This document shows, one piece after another, positions 1 to 13,650 of a DNA stretch of 64,000 nucleotides (position 1 is the first letter of the stretch; each line of letters starts with the position of its first letter). The notes below the pieces were generated by a model. The model ran no database searches. It was not told the origin of the DNA and was given only the letters and a program-made list of their open reading frames with translations. The stretch lies in NCBI RefSeq assembly GCF_009914755.1, contig NC_060939.1; one strand, 5' to 3'. Made by a program: the position numbers and the translations under genes. The stretch comes from the human T2T-CHM13v2.0 reference genome, Homo sapiens.

Positions 1-267
1 ACTCCCCATCCAGTGCTCTTTTCCTCTTTTCGTTACACTGCACTGCTGGTCGGAAACCCATCGTGGAAGTGGATCAAACACAACAAAGGGCAGGGGGCGT
101 TGGAAAACCGGGCGAAGTCGCGCAGACCGAGACGACCCACCGGCCCCAGCAAATCACCAGGGGCCGAAATCCAGTGTCCTCCTCCCTTCAGCCCAGAAGC
201 CAGGTCACCTTTTAGACTTGCTCTCTTGGCGGGGAGGAAGCGTGGAGCCCCCTGGTCCGGCTAAGAG

Positions 268-820
268 CTTACGTAAGGCCCGCGGGCGGCTGCGCCCCGG
301 TCTCCCATGGGTGTGCGCAGAGCCCCCGGGCCGGAGCAGGCCTTCCCCTGTCCGCTCCCCCAGTCTCTCGGCCCAGGACCACGGGGGAGTTCAGGACCAC
401 CGGCCCCACGCCGGCAGCGTCCGCGTTGGGCGGCGGCGTCCCCCGCAGCCACCCAGCTTCCCGGGGGAGGAGCAGCGCATCGCGCAAGCATCCGGGAGCG
501 GCGGAGGGGGCGGGAGGAAGGGCGAGAGGAGGAAGCGGGATTTAAACGAAAGGCGGTGACGCCACACAAAAGATTTCTATAGGCTCCAGGGAGGTTACGG
601 CCGAGGCGGCGGCGGCGGCGAGCCCGGGGGCGAGGCGCGGACGGGAACAGGAAAAGCCTCCGGCAGCCCCTGCGGGCGGCGGCGCAGCCACGGCCGCGCT
701 CCGAGGTGAAGCCGCGCGCGGAGAGGAAGCGGGTGTTTTCCCCTCTGCCTTTCGGCCCCCGCCCTTCCTTTCAGTTTCTGCCCGCTCGCTCGGAAGTTGG
801 CGGTTGACAAAAATGGCAGG
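268..820 (+). promoter_or_regulatory. TLNRD1 proximal promoter motifs
   Basis: Palindromic CTTACGTAAG 268-277 (PAR-bZIP/NFIL3-type core TTACGTAA); TATA-like TTTAAA 541-546; CRE-like TGACGCCA 557-564; ETS CGGAAGT 791-797; YY1-like AAAATGGC 810-817. The TSS cannot be fixed from sequence. Confidence 0.5.
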
Positions 821-866
821 AGCCGGGGCCCGGGCCGGTTGCCGCAGCGCCGCGGGGACCTTCTGA
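813..866 (+). other. uORF, 17 aa (MAGAGARAGCRSAAGTF)
   Basis: aaaATGg strong Kozak context at 813, TGA 864-866; a uORF only if the TSS lies upstream of 813. Confidence 0.4.
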
Positions 867-905
867 GTTGGCCCGGTGGCAGGGAGACTCGTGCAGGGGC
901 GTCCG

Positions 906-1055
906 ATGCGCGGGGCCCGGGGCCTCGGGAGAGCTCAGCTGCTGCGGGCCCCAGACGAGGCGACAGGGATGGACTTGCGTAGACAGCCAGCGCCGGGCCG
1001 CCGGGCGCGCGGTCTGGGAGGGCGTGCCGCCGCGGCGCCGGGCCGCGCTCTGTGA
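906..1055 (+). other. uORF, 49 aa, with second in-frame ATG at 969 (gggATGg)
   Basis: Translated by hand from ATG 906 to TGA 1053-1055. Confidence 0.35.
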
Positions 1056-1263
1056 ACCGGCGAGGCGGGAAGGGGCCGCCGTGGTGCTCGGCACGCCCGG
1101 GCGTGTGGCGGGCGGGCGAGAGCTTGAGCGCGATCCGGGCGGCCGCTGTGCGCAATCAGTGCAGGCTCCCGCCCGACTCTGACTCGGCGCGGCCGCGACA
1201 GTGCCGGCCACACCCTCTGCCCCGCTGCCGCCGGCGCCGCTTCCCAAGAGCTGGAGGCAGGAG

Positions 1264-1350
1264 ATGCGCCCGGGGCGGCCGCGCGTCCCAGAGAGCCAGC
1301 CCCGGCCGCCGTCGCGGGGAAGTGCCGCCTGGTGGGGTCACGGCGCCTGA
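1264..1350 (+). other. uORF, 28 aa
   Basis: gagATGc at 1264, TGA 1348-1350. Confidence 0.35.
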
Positions 1351-1533
1351 AGCCCACGTGCGCCGCCGAGCCCGAGGTGGCCTCGAGCGCGGCGGCTGAC
1401 AGCACAGCCCGCCTGAGCTGCCTCCCGCGCTCCTCCCCGAGGAAAGGATTTTGATTTCAAAGAAAGGAAGGAAGGAAGGACAACTCCCAGCTTCCCCGTC
1501 CCGCCCTCCCCGCTCCGAGGGCCGCGCCAGGCC

Positions 1534-1614
1534 ATGCCCAAGAAGGCGGCGGCGGCGGCGAACCAGCAGAAGGGACTTTCCTGGCAGCCCGGCGACGAGG
1601 AGCGCGGACAGTGA
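1534..1614 (+). other. uORF, 26 aa (MPKKAAAAANQQKGLSWQPGDEERGQ)
   Basis: gccATGc at 1534, TGA 1612-1614; coding-like third-position GC bias. Confidence 0.5.
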
Positions 1615-1633
1615 GTTTGCTCTGCCCCGGTTC

Positions 1634-3005
<1,372 letters not shown>

Positions 3006-3626
3006 CACCCCACCCCCATACCCCTTCTTCCACCCCCAGACTAAAGGAAGATACTTACTCTCTGCCCCTCTCCATTTATACCAAAGAAATCATAGGTGAA
3101 ACCCCCTACCCTCCCCAACGTTAAATGCTCGAGAGGAATCTTCCACAAGGCAGGGCCATGCACGCAACCTGCACACGCACTTGGAGGGCCCAGGTGTCTC
3201 TCCACCAGCCCCCATGCAGTAGGGACTGGAAGATATGTCATCTGCTGGTTGTGTTATCACTCCCACCCCCTACCCCAGCCCGTCTTCCGGAATTTCTCAA
3301 CTAAATTTCATTATTGGGCAGGAAGGAGGTCATGGGTTCATTTCATTTTTGTTTTTTGTGTTTTTAATTAAAAGAAAGGTTACCTCAGTTTTCACTCCTT
3401 AGACATGGATGTAGCTACCTTTTTTTGTATGTCTTTTTTTTTTTTAAGCAATCGTGTTGAATTAGGAGTATACTTGGTGTGGAAAGAGTATGAATTTGCC
3501 ATGTGATTTGCAAATGGGGGGAAGCTACTGTGAGCGTGTGTTTTTTTAATTTACACTATAGAGTGATTTTTTTTTCCCCCAACGTCAAGTTTTTACCTTG
3601 CATGTACTGGAGTATTTATTTCATCT

Positions 3627-3632
3627 ATTAAA
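3627..3632 (+). terminator. Proximal polyadenylation signal ATTAAA
   Basis: Preceded by TGTA (3603) and U-rich sequence, followed by U/GU-rich downstream element 3650-3680. Confidence 0.6.
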
Positions 3633-5414
3633 ATGTTATGTTTCTCAGATGGCTTTTTGCAATTATTGTTGATTTTTCAATAATTGTAATTTTGCATGCT
3701 GCATGTCATGTATGGGAAGGGTCTGTGGGAAGGCTATTTCAATAGTAGTGAGGCGGGCCCCCAATTCCCAGCCCTTTCTACTATTTCCTCAAGAAAAAGT
3801 ACTGCTCAAGAAGTACTCCCTTGAGCAGCCTGGAACTGAAGAGAGGACTATGTGTAACGTTCTATTTTAAAAGGCAGGTGACACAAATGGGATTGGGTTA
3901 TGTAGAGTGCTTGGGACGGTTTTGTCTCATTTTTCCTGGAAAGTGATTTAGCTCCCTTTGTCTCCACTTACCTTTCCATCATCATGAACAGTGGCTCAGG
4001 CTGCTTGAATTCTGATTTGTATTCTGCCTATCATTTTCAGATTAAATCCTAATCCTGTGTGGTATGCCAGCCTTCCCAACTCAGAGTCTCTGGATGGAAC
4101 TCTAAAAGTACTGTACATCAAGTGAGAATAGTTAGCATCTTTTATGTACACAGGTCTATTCAGACAAGATCCTCATGATTTCAGAAAAAATATAGAGAGG
4201 GTCCTAGACTGCTTAATAGAGGAAAGAAGTATCCTGGAAAGCTTGTTAAGAACGTTCTAGAGCCACAACATGATTGTAGGCCAAGGGCTTGTTTTTGTGA
4301 CCTTGATCTAAGATAATGCCATGGTTGATTGTATGTTGGAAGAATCTTTGATTGGAATTTGGAGTAATATTAAGGTAGTTTGTCTTTTCTGCAGACATTT
4401 TTAGGAGTCTTTTTGTGTGAGTGGTGGTGGAGTGTATAGTTTTGTTGAACCTAGTTAAATTCTGAATATCTTCCCACTAAAAGCACAACAAATCTATTTA
4501 CAGTGCCTGAAGCCTGGGAGAGCCACATGAGTAAAAACTCGTACGTGGTTTAGATTTGTTCCATTTACATTTTTCTTGGGATTTGTTGTGCTTAAACCTT
4601 TGCAGTTCCCACAGATCTGAAAAGAAAGCATTTTTCACTGTAATACATTAAGAGAGAGAGAAAAAAGTCATATTGACTATTTTACTTGTTTGAATCGCTG
4701 TTTTTATTACAATGACATGAAATACAACGTGTAAAAGTCTTTAACCTGTGTTGGGTAAGGGTAGGACTGTTTCACCACCCTGAATTTGAAATTTGAAAAA
4801 GTCTTAAAGTGGTAGGGTACTTAAATTTTTAAAAAAATGACCATGGGAGCAGTTTTTCTCTGTTAAATCCTGGTAAACTTCGGGTTTTTGAAGACTTTAA
4901 AAGATGAAAATGACCTTGAGCATCTTTATTCCTTTCCTCTGCCCCTTAATGTTGGGATGGGGTTCAGGATGAAAGGGAGGTGGGATTCTAATTCATGTGC
5001 CAGTGACAATCCTGCATGCATATAGAAATTTTTATTTATTGAATGTACACAAGTAATGATGGAGTTTGATTATATGGTTCATTTTCATTTATCCTATGCA
5101 GATCACAAAGAGTAAACTGAAAGGAACAAACGCTAAGTAAAATAAGGGCCAGAAATCTGTAAATTTGGTATTAGATTAAGAAAAAAAGAATTGCCAGTTT
5201 TTTCCTGGACTCTTTCCTTGCAGAAGCGATTTTCAGGACAACTCAAGCCAATTAAAAAAAAGAAAATCACTTTCCCTATCTGTTTGGATGAAGTTAACTA
5301 GCTAGTCACTAAGTGAATTTTGAAACCTCTTACCTAAATGATAGCTGCTCTTGGTGTTTCTTTATGCTCTACGTTTGGTCATGTAACATGCATAATCTCT
5401 GTTCTCTGAAGTTG

Positions 5415-5420
5415 ATTAAA
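5415..5420 (+). terminator. Distal polyadenylation signal ATTAAA (canonical AATAAA also at 5736-5741)
   Basis: Hexamer with upstream TGTA (5382); AATAAA 5736 is followed by a GT/T-rich tract. Confidence 0.4.
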
Positions 5421-6143
5421 GTTCTAAACTTAAGCGTTTTCACTGCTCCTGCACCCCCCACCTCCCATTTATAACATAAAGTTCAGGGCTTTTCTTCCAG
5501 CAGGTGTCTTGAAGTGAATTCTGCTTGTACTTTTTTTCTAGCAGATTTCAAGAAGCCAGAGTGAGGAATGCTAGGCAAGGGGATTGGGCACAGGTCTTTG
5601 ACATTTTAACTTTTCTCTAATGTCCCAGGTTGCTAAACTTGTTTTTTAAATAGCCCCTGATGTTTAAAAAAAGCAGCGTCTCAGACCTATTTCATAATAG
5701 GGTTTAATAAGGTCAGCAGAGATACTGGTTCCAGGAATAAAATCAGAGTGGCCTGTTTTTTTTGTTTGCTTTTTAATTTTTAAACTAGGGTTAATTTAAG
5801 ACATTAATCCTTGGGTTCTTCTGACTCCTGAGGGCAAGTTTTCTTACACAGGCTTAATGTGCATCATCTTGACCAGGGAATGTTGAGAACCTTCTTCCTT
5901 TGAATGGTCATGAGAAAAGGAAATCATGATTGCTAAGTTCTTTGAACAAAAGACATTATTTATGATAGTCAACTCAGTAAATGGAACAAAAACAGTCTTT
6001 CAAACATAAGACTTAACCAGAAAAAAGCACAACTCCATCTTTCTTTGCCTGTTTTAAGCATAGCATTTATGGGTGATGTTAGGAAACACAAAAATTATGT
6101 GTGTGTATTTGCTTTCTTCCGCACCCCCACCATCCTCATCTGA

Positions 6144-6452
<309 letters not shown>

Positions 6453-7329
6453 TAACTTTTTTTTTTTTTTTTTTTTTTAAAGCTGGCATGGGGATTTAAA
6501 ATATTTGGCAGTTTGGAACAGCTAATTTTAACAGAAACACCTGTTTTTCCGAATGAATGTGACTATGGTAACATGCAGATCAGGCAGAGGATTTGAAAAA
6601 TGACTGCCAAAATTCTTTCTGAGCTTTGCTGAGTGAACGTGGTAGGATTTAGAGAAGAAATCCTTAAAGATTTAGTAGCATTTTCACCTGGGACTGTTCC
6701 CTGGGCTGCCTTGTGGTTTGCATCAACTGGAAGAGGCTTTAAGGAGACCATCTCTGAGTTTCCAGTGTGGGCACAGGTATTTGTGTTCCTCCCTGGCAAA
6801 TTCTTGTCTTTACTTAATTTTTTTTTTTTTTTTTTGGTAGGAGTATGTATGCAATTAATTGCTCCATTTTGACTAAGCAGGGTTTTACTTTAGGGTTCTT
6901 TAGGTAGGTGAGTTGTCTGCTTCGACTTCAGTGGCAGAAGGCTTTAAGATTTAACTGTCCGGGTATTATAAGGAAAAAGTGTGATACTAGTGTCTATGAT
7001 TGGGGTCAATTTAATTTAACTGTGGACCCCTTAAGGTTAAGGGCTATAGTGCCCAACATATGTGTAATTTTTTTTTAAATGAATCTGTATATAAGATACT
7101 TGGCAGCAAGTATACATAAGCAAGTAGTAAAATTGTTCCTGGAAATGAAAGTTATAATGGTCATTAATTCGGCAAATATTTACTGGGGACCAACTGTGTG
7201 TGCTACTAGACACTGCTGGTGCTGGTGTGCAGCTGTGAGTGAGACGTGGTTCCTCTTGGGAAGGCTGCTGTCTAGACTCAGTGCTAGACTCAGACCAACC
7301 TCAGCTTGGTCTGTGGGACTCTCAGTCTC

Positions 7330-7445
7330 ATCCTGGGCCCTACCTTTAACGTATTCCATCAGAAACTCTTGAGGTGTGGCAATTTGTGTTTTATCAAGCC
7401 CTCCCAGTTGATTCAGATGCATGCCCACGTTGGAGAACCACTGCC
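7330..7445. mobile_element. MER5-type hAT DNA transposon fragment
   Basis: Ends GGAGAACCACTG (MER5 TIR-like) with a typical internal segment. Confidence 0.6.
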
Positions 7446-8019
7446 CTACAGGGGCTGTGGGTTTCTTTTTTATTCTCTGTCAGGTCTGAGTCTAGAGTAC
7501 TTCTCTATCAGGAAGCATCAGCGTTTCTGCAAATTACGTGTTTGCTCAGGTGGTTTTGTTCTCCTGGATATTTTGAGACCATTTCTCCAGATAGAGAAGA
7601 CAAGTTGGTCTCTTGTTAATTTGAAATCTTTGAGAATCCAGGTTTTTCTTTTGGAGAGGGGGATGTGATTACAAGTTCAGGGTCCTTCCCTACCTCCCAC
7701 CACCCTTTTGAGATGAACTGAAATCATTTAATAGTGAACTGGCAAAACAGCTTTCTATGCTTTCACATGTTGTTGACGCTTGTCCTGGAAAACGGAATAG
7801 CAGACAAGCTAATTAAAATTCAACCCTTTAGCTCTTTGGTTGCCCAAGAAAGAACACTTTGATACTGAGTTTGTAAAGTACTATATTCAGAATGAGATGT
7901 AGTATATAGACTTATCCCAAAGCTCACTTTAAGGATAACCAAAGTCTGCAATATACTCAGGAAATATACTCTCTAAGGCTGACCATGCACCAGGAATTAG
8001 GATGATCTTTTAGAGTCTC

Positions 8020-8180
8020 ATTCCTCAAAAGGGTGGCCCCAGAAGCTGGCATTGGCATCACCCAGGAACTTGGTAGATACACAGACTATTGGCCCGCCCT
8101 GGCCCAGATCTACCCAATTAGAGCCCTCTTTTTGACAGGTCCTCTAGGTGATTTCTGTCCCATAAATATTTGAGAAGCAG
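8020..8180. mobile_element. MER5-type hAT DNA transposon relic
   Basis: TTCCTCAAA...GGCATCACCCAGGAACTTGGTAGA...TTTGAGAAGCA. Confidence 0.55.
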
Positions 8181-8464
8181 ATAAAAGCAGTGGCCATGAC
8201 TGAATCATAGTTTCATTCTTTACTGTAGGAACCTAGGCATTTATTATGTTTACTTAGATCTTTTTGGTTTATAAAGTGCTTTCATGTTTATTATGTAATT
8301 GGGTCCTTAGTGCAATCTTGTGAGGTGGGCAGGTATTACCGTGGATGTCATCTAAACATTTGTGCCTTGCCTTTCCCATTATAAAAATTAAATGAATTCA
8401 CATGAAATGTAAGCCCTTGTGATGAGCTTTAAGATCTTGTGATGAGCTTTGTAAGACAAGTACC

Positions 8465-8823
<359 letters not shown>

Positions 8824-10066
8824 TTAAAGTCAGTTTCCCTTAATAACCTTGCCTTTACCCTTCCAGTAATTTGACACAGCAAGTATACTATAACATCCTC
8901 AAGGACGGCCCAGATGATGAGCATAGCTCTGTTTTCTCAGTCTACCTCTGGGAAGGATTCTGTGTGGTTTCAAACCTCCTATCCAGATTCTCTAAAACAT
9001 TGGGTGTCTTATAATTTTAAAACCATGTCAGTCAAACATTTTAGACTTCAGGTAAGATTTGAATGCTAATTAAGATTTGTTAGCATAATTTAAAAGTGAA
9101 TCCATTTACTGATTTTAAACTTTATAATTCATAGTTTGATTGGCAAGTCTGTTTAAATGTCGAAGATAACATGTATCCAGATTTTGCTGAAGTAGACATA
9201 GAGAGGAAATTTTTTAAATCCAATGTTTCAGGAAGGGAAATATATATGCTGTGCATTCAAGTTTAATGAACATACTGACCTGAAAAACTGCTGAAATTAT
9301 AGGGCATCACCTAAGCTTTAATAGCTTCTGATTTTGTTCTAATTTTCCCAAATATTAGGTGGTACGCCAGATACTGTTTAAGTGAAAAATCATTTGGTTA
9401 CCTTGGCTATCTTACCAACTTTTTAAGAGACCTACATTGATGATAAACCTCCAGAAATTGGAGATTATTGTAGGAAACCCAGGTCCATTTAGTGTTCACT
9501 GATGCCCTTTCAGTTTAACTTTTCTCATTTTGATGATCATCAGCTTCCTGTTCTAAAATTAACTGGCAAGTCATTCTAGCATCTCCCTTCAGATAGAATT
9601 TTGTGTTAATGATTTTTCTAAGTGTTTACTTGGCAGCTTGGTTTTACTTAAACATTCCTTCTCATGCAGGTTCCATGATGAAGATATTTCTAAAAACATA
9701 AGCATGCTTCTACTTTAGTTATCACTTTGAATTTGATTTTTAAGGTATGTGGGCATTTTGTGTTTGAAATGCAATGCAAAGCTGTCCGTAAAACTGACAC
9801 AAATAGATCACCTGATATTTTAGCTGTCTTCATGATGGAATCATACTACTCTGGAGCAATTTTTATTATACTGTTTCTTTAAACTGGTTCTGCTGTGATT
9901 ATTATGTAAGTGTGGCTGTGACGAAGGAGAGCCCCATGAAGATGGCTTTATATTCCGTTTGGCTCAGCAACAATGACTCTAATAAACCGGATTGAAATGG
10001 GAGTTTTTCTACCTGGATTATACACATAACTAAAATGGATAGGTAAACTCAACTGAATAGATATGA

Positions 10067-10410
<344 letters not shown>

Positions 10411-11897
10411 TAAAGATGCATCCTTATAGGTGGCTCAAGTGTTCCAGTTCCCCTCATCCCTCTCTTTCTGGAGGGCAAGCAAAGCTTCTTGCCCACAGAA
10501 GTTTCTAGAAACACTGGCAATTCTTGACTTCACTGGGACGTTTTGCTTCATCCTGGGCAGCCACAAAACACCTTCTAGATTCACATTAATAATAAATGAA
10601 TGCATTAGCCCATTGTCACATAGGGGCAAGTTGCTGGTAATGACACTTACTATGCCATTCATTAGTTGGGTCTAGAATAGTGTCAGATTTAGCAAGGCCA
10701 ATGGTAAAAGTTTCTGATTTAGCAAACATTTACTAGGTGTCTGGGGCAGTATTAGGCATGTTCTCTGTATTAAAATATTACCTTACTTAAGGAGTTACTC
10801 AAAGTCACACAACTACTGTTAGAAACAATCCTAGAACTAGAAACAACCCTAGAAATCCAGTCCTTTGTCTTCCCCAATAAAATCAATTTGAGATGCCGTT
10901 TGTCAGGCTGAAGACATTTTCCAAGTGCATCATCCTTTTGTGTTACATTTATGTAACTGGAGAAAACAGAGGCCTAGGAAAGCGTAGCATTGAGTACTCA
11001 TTGTTCGGGTGACTGGGGAGTAGTATGTAGGCATTGGCATGACGCACCAGAGCATCTTCTCTTTAGGTGTGATAAATGGTTTAGGTTTGACTGTATCATG
11101 GGTGTTGATTCTTTCCTGGGTATACGAGAATTATTCACTTTAAATGCTACAAGGAAAAAGTTTTAAATGTTGAAAAAAAACTAAGCCTATTTGATTTTTT
11201 TTTCGTTTTAAACATGTCCATGAAATCCTGTATGGTCTGAACTTCTATGGCTTCTTGTCAGATTTCAGAGCTGAGAGACTAGATGCTTCTACCATCTTAC
11301 AAATAGCTTAAGAAGTGAATTTTGCATTATCTATTGGGAGTTCACTTAGAGTTTTTGGAAGAACTTCCTAATTGCCTAATCTAAATTGTTCCTTTTGCAT
11401 TGTTTTTCCCTGTGTGTGTATGTGTGTGGCTGAGAGAAGAATGACTCACAAACTCCATACAGAGTATAGGACATTAGTTGGAGCCTCCTGGGGATATCAA
11501 GATACTGGGATCTTCACCATGGATTTTTCAACAGTGTTCAGTAGACCTTTCTTAAGCCTGACTGTACAGAGAGGATGCTGTACTTAACAATAAGTGTTGG
11601 GAATATGGATAAGAGCTTAGAATGCAGTGGAAGTGATAGCAAGATAAAACACATTACAAGGGACCAGGATAAGTGCCATAATTTATGTTCCTAAGGATCT
11701 TCTAATCTAGATCTTTGGCTGTTTGGGGCCTCATAGTCCCTAGATTTGATCATCTGGATATATTATCCTGCTGACCAGGGAGAAGGATGTTGACATCAGA
11801 ACCCCACTTTCCTACTCTCAGTGCCAGGCGACCGCATATAATGTAGGTGGGAATTCCATCGAATGTATTTTCTGTGCAGCCAGAGGGCAGTTTTTAG

Positions 11898-12277
<380 letters not shown>

Positions 12278-12644
12278 TGCTCTTTAATTCTGAGGTGGTG
12301 TTGATGCAGAGTGTGAGGCTATTGCTGGATGGGATCTGCACTGTAGGAAGCAGAACAGCTTTCCCCTACTTCACTGAAGCAGCTAGCCTGGCCTTGGATC
12401 AGCAGCCATGGGTGGGGCCAGTGGGCCCAGCTCACTTGCAGAAGAGTCCTGAGCCTGGCTGCCCGCCATTGTTGTGGATCACCAAGAACTGAACTGGGCT
12501 CCTGAAGATGCACCTGGCCTGGAGAGTGCACCTGTCTGGCTGATAGACTGGGAGCTTTTCAAGGCAATCTGTTGTGTCTTTTTCATCTGTCATCCCTAGA
12601 AGGTGACCAGGATGCTAAATTGTTTGTTTAATGAAAGAAAATCA

Positions 12645-12870
12645 ATAGCTGGCATTTTTTTGAGCTCCTGATGTATACGCTAGAAACTTTACATTGTGTT
12701 TCTCAGTCCTTAAAGCAACCCCTTTGAGGTATGAAGAGTCGTTCTCATTTTACAGATGAGGATGCTGAATTGAAACCACTTGCCTAGGGTCAAAGAAACT
12801 AGTAAGTAGGGGGATAAAGGTAAGAATCAAGGTCTTGTGACAGAGACAGCATTCTTAGCCACTTGGCTAT
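12645..12870 (-). mobile_element. MIR SINE
   Basis: Core CATTTTACAGATGAGGATGCTGA...CACTTGCCTAGGGTCA. Confidence 0.7.
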
Positions 12871-13189
12871 AGTGAATGAATGATTTTTAGGATAGTGTCC
12901 CTCTGCCCATTGAGGCGAAATGCTCTTCAACTCTGTTAAATTTTTAATCTTTCCAATGACAGTTCCTATGGGTTTCTTCCTAAGCCTCACTTAAGCCTTT
13001 GGTCTGAGCTCCTCTTGGACCATTTGTGGAGGGCCCTGGATGCCCACAGGCCCCTTGTAAAGACTCGGGCAGAGTTGATTCCATGGACAGATGGCTTTCC
13101 ACCTGCTTCATGATCCTGGTATCCTAAGGGATGCTTGAAGAAGATAAACCTCTGGTTTGTCAAGGAACTTCCACTTGGATTTCTAAATT

Positions 13190-13650
13190 GCAGCTGCCTT
13201 TGCTCTTCACCTACTTGGAACACTTCCATGGTTCTCCCGTGGACTTTAGGATAAAAGGCAAACTCCTCACTGAGGCATTTCTAGCAGGTCTGGTCTCTCA
13301 CAGTCTACCCATAATTATACTTTTTAGAGGTCCTTCCAGTGTCATGCTGTCTTCTTGCCTCCAAGCTGTTGCACAAGCTGTCCCTTGGAACACTCACCCC
13401 ACATCCTGCTTCTCCTTAACCCGCTTCCGCAGTCCTCAGCCTGGGTGGCACCCTCTCCTGCAGGTCCCTGTAGTACCCTGCACTTTCCCTATGTTAGTAT
13501 TTATCAAGTTACTGTAATTCTCTGTTTACCTATCCATGTTCCTAGTATGGATCATCATCAGGTGGTGGCATCATCTTTTTATCTCCAGTGATTAACGCAG
13601 TTACCTAACACATATGAGGCTCTCAATAAACATCTCTGCTGAACAAATGT
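13190..13650 (+). mobile_element. L2 LINE 3' fragment
   Basis: TTTAGGATAAAAGGCAAACTCCT and L2-like end CTCAATAAACATCTCTGCTGAA. Confidence 0.6.

Larger units (their letters stand above)
3006..5445 (+). other. TLNRD1: TLNRD1 3' UTR region (short form to ~3650, long form to ~5440)
   Basis: Repeat-free, U-rich sequence after the stop with several ATTAAA hexamers. Confidence 0.6.
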
